Assembly (NCBI GenBank): GCA_041589175.1
Contig: JBFHWF010000002.1
Location: forward strand, 9,843 to 73,842
Direction: 5' to 3'
DNA: 64,000 nt
DNA from: Gammaproteobacteria bacterium
GTDB taxonomy: Bacteria > Pseudomonadota > Gammaproteobacteria > SZUA-229
In this document: positions 60,413 through 64,000 of the stretch, one piece after another
Numbering within the stretch: position 1 is the first letter of the stretch
Layout: every line of letters begins with the position of its first letter
Program-made: the position numbers and the translations under genes
Notes under the pieces: generated by a model
Told to the model about the DNA's origin: nothing
Database searches by the model: none
What the model saw: only the letters and a program-made list of their open reading frames with translations

Positions 60413-60925
60413 ATGTCGGAAATAGCTGAAGAAATAGAGCACCAGGAAATAGCGAATGAGTATAAAGAGCTATTAACATTTTTTCTGGCTGGTGAGGAGT
60501 ATGGCGTCGATATTCTGCGCGTACAGGAAATAAAGGGCTGGGATACCGTTACAAATATACCCAATACACCTGAATATATTCGAGGTGTTATCAATATACG
60601 TGGCAGCATAGTGCCAATTATTGATATGCGACTGAGGTTCAATCTGGAGAAAAGAGACTACGATGCAACAACTGTCGTGATCGTGCTCAATGTCATGCGT
60701 GGTAATAAAGAGAGTCGAACCATGGGTATTGTCGTTGATGCGGTTTCTGATGTTTATAACATCCCGCTGGATGATGTTAAAGCATCACCAGATTTTGGTA
60801 CTGCTGTAGATACAGAGTTCGTTACTGGTCTGGCAACAGTTAATGAAAAGATGATTATCGTGCTTGATATTGACCATATGCTAAATGCAGCCGAGCTGGA
60901 AGTGATTGATACGATATCTGAATAA
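60413..60925 (+). CDS. cheW: Chemotaxis coupling protein CheW
   Basis: LLTFFLAGEEYGVDILRVQEIKG...GVINIRGSIVPIIDMR. Confidence 0.93.
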   Translation: MSEIAEEIEHQEIANEYKELLTFFLAGEEYGVDILRVQEIKGWDTVTNIPNTPEYIRGVINIRGSIVPIIDMRLRFNLEKRDYDATTVVIVLNVMRGNKESRTMGIVVDAVSDVYNIPLDDVKASPDFGTAVDTEFVTGLATVNEKMIIVLDIDHMLNAAELEVIDTISE

Positions 60926-60941
60926 TCGAACATATGATTAA

Positions 60942-61691
60942 ATGACAAGAAAGATCGCTGTAATCAATCAGAAAGGTGGCGTCGGTAAAACTACGACTAC
61001 TGCAAATCTCGGATATTTGCTTGCGGAAAATGGATCGACTGTAACATTAATTGATCTCGATCCTCAGAGTAGCTTGACTGTAAGTCTGGGTGTTGACTGG
61101 AGAGAGCATAAAGGTATTGAAGACGTGCTTTTGCACGGTGAATGTCTTGAAGATGTAGTCGTTAAAAAAAATTCACGGCTAAATCTGGTTGCTTCTGGTA
61201 ATCACCTGGGGCAAGCAGAGCATATAGATCAGGAGTCATCAGCTATTGCAAAAAAATTGAGGGATGTAATTGCAGGTATAGAAGATGACTATGTTCTTAT
61301 AGATTGTCCGCCATCATCTGGGTTTCTCATAGTGAGTGCACTATATGCAGTTGATGAGGTGCTGATACCGATTGCTGCAGATTATCTGACATTACATGGT
61401 CTGTCGCATTTGATAGGAACGATACAGGGGTTCGAGCAGCGCATTGGGCATAGCATTGCTAAGCGATTCGTAGTGACTCGCTATCATCCTAGAAGAAGGC
61501 TGGCGAATGATGTCAGGGAAAAGTTGCATGTATATTTTCCAGGTGAGGTGCTAGAGACCTGTATCAGGGAGTCTAGCTCGCTTGCTGAGGCGCCAGGATT
61601 TGGTAAAACGATTTATGAATATCAGCGTAATTCTAATGGCTGTGAAGACTATAGAAAACTGGCCGCTGAGTTTGCAATGATTGAGATGTAA
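60942..61691 (+). CDS. ParA/Soj-family deviant Walker-A ATPase encoded inside the che operon
   Basis: IAVINQKGGVGKTTTTANL (signature Lys plus P-loop) and Walker B-like YVLIDCPP. Confidence 0.88.
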   Translation: MTRKIAVINQKGGVGKTTTTANLGYLLAENGSTVTLIDLDPQSSLTVSLGVDWREHKGIEDVLLHGECLEDVVVKKNSRLNLVASGNHLGQAEHIDQESSAIAKKLRDVIAGIEDDYVLIDCPPSSGFLIVSALYAVDEVLIPIAADYLTLHGLSHLIGTIQGFEQRIGHSIAKRFVVTRYHPRRRLANDVREKLHVYFPGEVLETCIRESSSLAEAPGFGKTIYEYQRNSNGCEDYRKLAAEFAMIEM

Positions 61692-61693
61692 GT

Positions 61694-62557
61694 ATGCCAA
61701 GAAAGAAAAAAACAATGATAGGTGTTGATCCTCTGGCCTGGCTTAATGAGGAAAGTGAATCACAAACTGTTGTGACTGAGTCAGGTAGTAATACCGATGA
61801 AGAAAATATAATGTCACAGTCTGATCGTGATCTAAAATCAACTATGTTGGGTTATGAGTTCGATGAGTCAGAACTCATCAAGGGTTTTGAAAGAATTGTT
61901 CCATGTATGCAGGAAGTCGAGGATGCTGTCTCAACATATGTAACTGGTTTGAGAAGTGACTGGGAAGATTCTGAAATTAAAGAGATACAAGCGCATTCCA
62001 TGTCGGTAATTCGATTCATTGTTGATCATCATGCAGACGAAGATATTTTGCTGTCACATATAGCGGCTAATAAAGGCTTGTTTAGTAAAGTCGTTAGTGC
62101 GGATGAATACAGCACGGATAATATGTTAGCGGCAGTCAAGAAGGTTGTTGGGAGAGGATGGACGAAAGCGATTAATGCTGCCTGGTCGGGTATCGTCAAT
62201 GTGGTTATTGAGCATGTTGAAGATGATGAGCATAAGGAGAAATCGATAGATGTGCCTGAAGTTGTTGATGTGAAAACGGATGTACCTGGTAACCGTATAG
62301 AATTGCATGAGATACAGGATATTAGTCGATCTCAAGCGCTAAAGAATGAGTTGCTGAGTCTCGTAAATGAGAATGATGAAATCGAAATTGATGGTAGCAG
62401 GGTGGAGCGAATCGATGGTACTGCGCTACAGCTCCTTTGTGCATTATACAGATATGCGCATAGTAATAATATCTCAATACACTGGGCAGGGTGTTCTGAA
62501 GCGCTCATTGAATCAGCTAATGCTGTAGGTTTAAAACAGCTGACTGGTATTGATTAA
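61694..62557 (+). CDS. STAS-domain protein with a basic N-terminal tail and a helical central region
   Basis: The C-terminal roughly 100 aa fits the STAS pattern (EIDGSRVERIDGTALQLLCALYRYA...ISIHWAGCSEAL). The N-terminus is MPRKKKTMIGVDPLAWL. It starts 2 nt after the parA stop. Confidence 0.65.
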   Translation: MPRKKKTMIGVDPLAWLNEESESQTVVTESGSNTDEENIMSQSDRDLKSTMLGYEFDESELIKGFERIVPCMQEVEDAVSTYVTGLRSDWEDSEIKEIQAHSMSVIRFIVDHHADEDILLSHIAANKGLFSKVVSADEYSTDNMLAAVKKVVGRGWTKAINAAWSGIVNVVIEHVEDDEHKEKSIDVPEVVDVKTDVPGNRIELHEIQDISRSQALKNELLSLVNENDEIEIDGSRVERIDGTALQLLCALYRYAHSNNISIHWAGCSEALIESANAVGLKQLTGID

Positions 62558-62573
62558 GTTTTGGAGTATGAAG

Positions 62574-64000
62574 ATGAGTGGAATAGTGGCAGAAGACTTA
62601 AAGCCCCATGACGTTGATGTTTTAGAACGAAGTTTTGATCAGGTTGCGCCCCATGCACAGGACCTTGTTAGCAGGTTTTATGAAAGGCTTTTCGAAAAAT
62701 ATCCTGATGTAAGGCCAATGTTTGAGGGTACAGATATCAATGCTCAGAAACAGAAATTGCTTGCCTCTTTGAAGCTTGTAATTGGGAATCTGAGAAAGCC
62801 TGATGTGCTTGAGGAGTCTCTGAAAGAGTTAGGTCGACGCCATCAGGGATATGGTGCAGTAGAAGCGCATTATCAGGCTGTGGCAGAAACATTGATAGGC
62901 GTAATGAAAGAAATTGTGGGTAGTCAATGGAATTCTGAAATAGAACAGGCCTGGACAAAGGCATTGTCGAAAATAGCTGAGATTATGCTTGGTGCTTACA
63001 GTAGCAATGAGCAGGATGAAACTGGAGAGAATGAAATGAATGACATGGTTATTAATGAAGAAAGCATGCAAGAGCTTGCTAGATTGCGCTCTGCTGTAAG
63101 TGGTGCGATGCAGGCGATGATGATGATAGATAGAGATTTTAATATTACCTATGTCAATCAGGCGACCACGGCTCTTCTGAAAAAACATGAACATGTTATG
63201 CGTCAGGAATACCCCGGGTTTGAGGCTGATAATATGTTAGGCAAGAATATAGATATATTTCATTCAAACCCAGCACATCAAAGACAGTTGTTGAGTAATC
63301 CTTCGAATCTCCCATATTCTACAGTGATTCATGTTGCGCACCTGTCTTTCAAGCTCAACGTTACGGCGATGATCGATGACGAGGGTAATTATATAGGTAA
63401 TACACTTGAGTGGGCTGATGTAACGGATGAGCTGGAAAAAGCAAGCCAGGCAGCTCGATTACAGGGAGCAATCGATGCATCAATGCAGGCGATCATAATG
63501 ATTGACAGGGATTTTGTTGTTACTTACGCCAATCAGTCGAGTATAGATTTACTGTCGAAATATCAGATGCAATTAAGTGCAGTGTATCCAGGATTTAGTC
63601 CTGCTAAATTGATTGGTAGCTGTATCGATATGTTTCATAAAAATCCACAGCACCAGAGAACTATGTTGGCAGATCCTTCTAATCTACCCTATCAGACCGA
63701 TATCGAGATCGGCGACCTGAAGTTTTCCTTGAATGTTACAGCTATCATGGATGCTCAGGACAGATATGTTGGTAATACGCTCGAATGGTCTGATGTTACT
63801 GAAGTCAGGCAAAAGGAGATTGAGGTAGCCAGATTGCAGTCTGCCGTGGATGGCGCTCAGGCAAATCTTATGATCTGTGATACGGATATGTTCATCACCT
63901 ATGCAAATCCTGCTGTGATTGAAATGATGGCGGCAAGAGCAGATAAACTAAGGAAGATATTTCCTGGCTTCGATGCACGAAACCTTGTCGGCCAGAATAT
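62574..64000 (+). CDS. Soluble globin plus tandem-PAS sensor protein, 3' partial (probable chemoreceptor; output domain lies outside the window)
   Basis: This ORF is absent from the ORF track because no stop occurs before the window end. I translated it by hand. GGAG lies 7 nt before ATG 62574. It encodes a globin (FYERLFEKYPDVRPMF, LGRRHQGYGAVEAHY) and at least 3 PAS-like modules. Confidence 0.8.
   Translation, partial: MSGIVAEDLKPHDVDVLERSFDQVAPHAQDLVSRFYERLFEKYPDVRPMFEGTDINAQKQKLLASLKLVIGNLRKPDVLEESLKELGRRHQGYGAVEAHYQAVAETLIGVMKEIVGSQWNSEIEQAWTKALSKIAEIMLGAYSSNEQDETGENEMNDMVINEESMQELARLRSAVSGAMQAMMMIDRDFNITYVNQATTALLKKHEHVMRQEYPGFEADNMLGKNIDIFHSNPAHQRQLLSNPSNLPYSTVIHVAHLSFKLNVTAMIDDEGNYIGNTLEWADVTDELEKASQAARLQGAIDASMQAIIMIDRDFVVTYANQSSIDLLSKYQMQLSAVYPGFSPAKLIGSCIDMFHKNPQHQRTMLADPSNLPYQTDIEIGDLKFSLNVTAIMDAQDRYVGNTLEWSDVTEVRQKEIEVARLQSAVDGAQANLMICDTDMFITYANPAVIEMMAARADKLRKIFPGFDARNLVGQN

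Noticed and set aside
1-64000. A scan for tRNA, rRNA, CRISPR arrays, IS elements, integrases and prophage or defence genes.
   Set aside because: None of the intergenic regions shows cloverleaf-like or regularly spaced repeat structure. No ORF has transposase, integrase, nuclease or helicase hallmarks.

Overview
The window looks like a gammaproteobacterial chromosome segment with three parts. (1) nt 1-17.8 kb is a conserved housekeeping block: a 5'-truncated hybrid sensor kinase, rsgA, an M48 protease, a small c-type cytochrome, orn, a rhodanese, nadB, then rpoE-rseABC-degP, a glutaredoxin-like gene and lepA-lepB-rnc-era-recO. (2) nt 17.8-52.3 kb is a polar-flagellum regulon organised as in Pseudomonas and Vibrio: flgNMA, cheV-cheR, flgBCDEFGHIJKL, fliC-flaG-fliD-fliS-fliT, fleQ, fleS-fleR and fliEFGHIJK. 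I could read several sigma-54 and sigma-28 promoters directly from the sequence. This part carries three accessory insertions: a VPLPA/PEP-CTERM-like secreted protein, a TlpD-like soluble MCP-CZB coupled to flgA, and an orphan secreted protein between fleQ and fleS. (3) nt 52.3-64 kb looks AT-richer by eye (not computed) and is an accessory signalling region. It replaces the expected fliL-fliR continuation after fliK. It holds a four-gene minus-strand module: REC plus degenerate EAL, a sensor-less membrane MCP, a single REC, and a PAS-GAF-PAS hybrid kinase. Transcribed divergently from that module is a tight cheY-cheA-cheW-parA-STAS-receptor operon. Its last gene runs off the window and encodes a soluble VHb-like globin fused to tandem 125-aa PAS modules. 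That operon is my best candidate for a poorly described system: a ParA-partitioned cytoplasmic O2/redox chemosensory array. I found no rRNA, tRNA, CRISPR array, transposase, integrase or phage genes. All calls rest on reading motifs in the supplied translations and DNA. I ran no database search and no compositional calculation.
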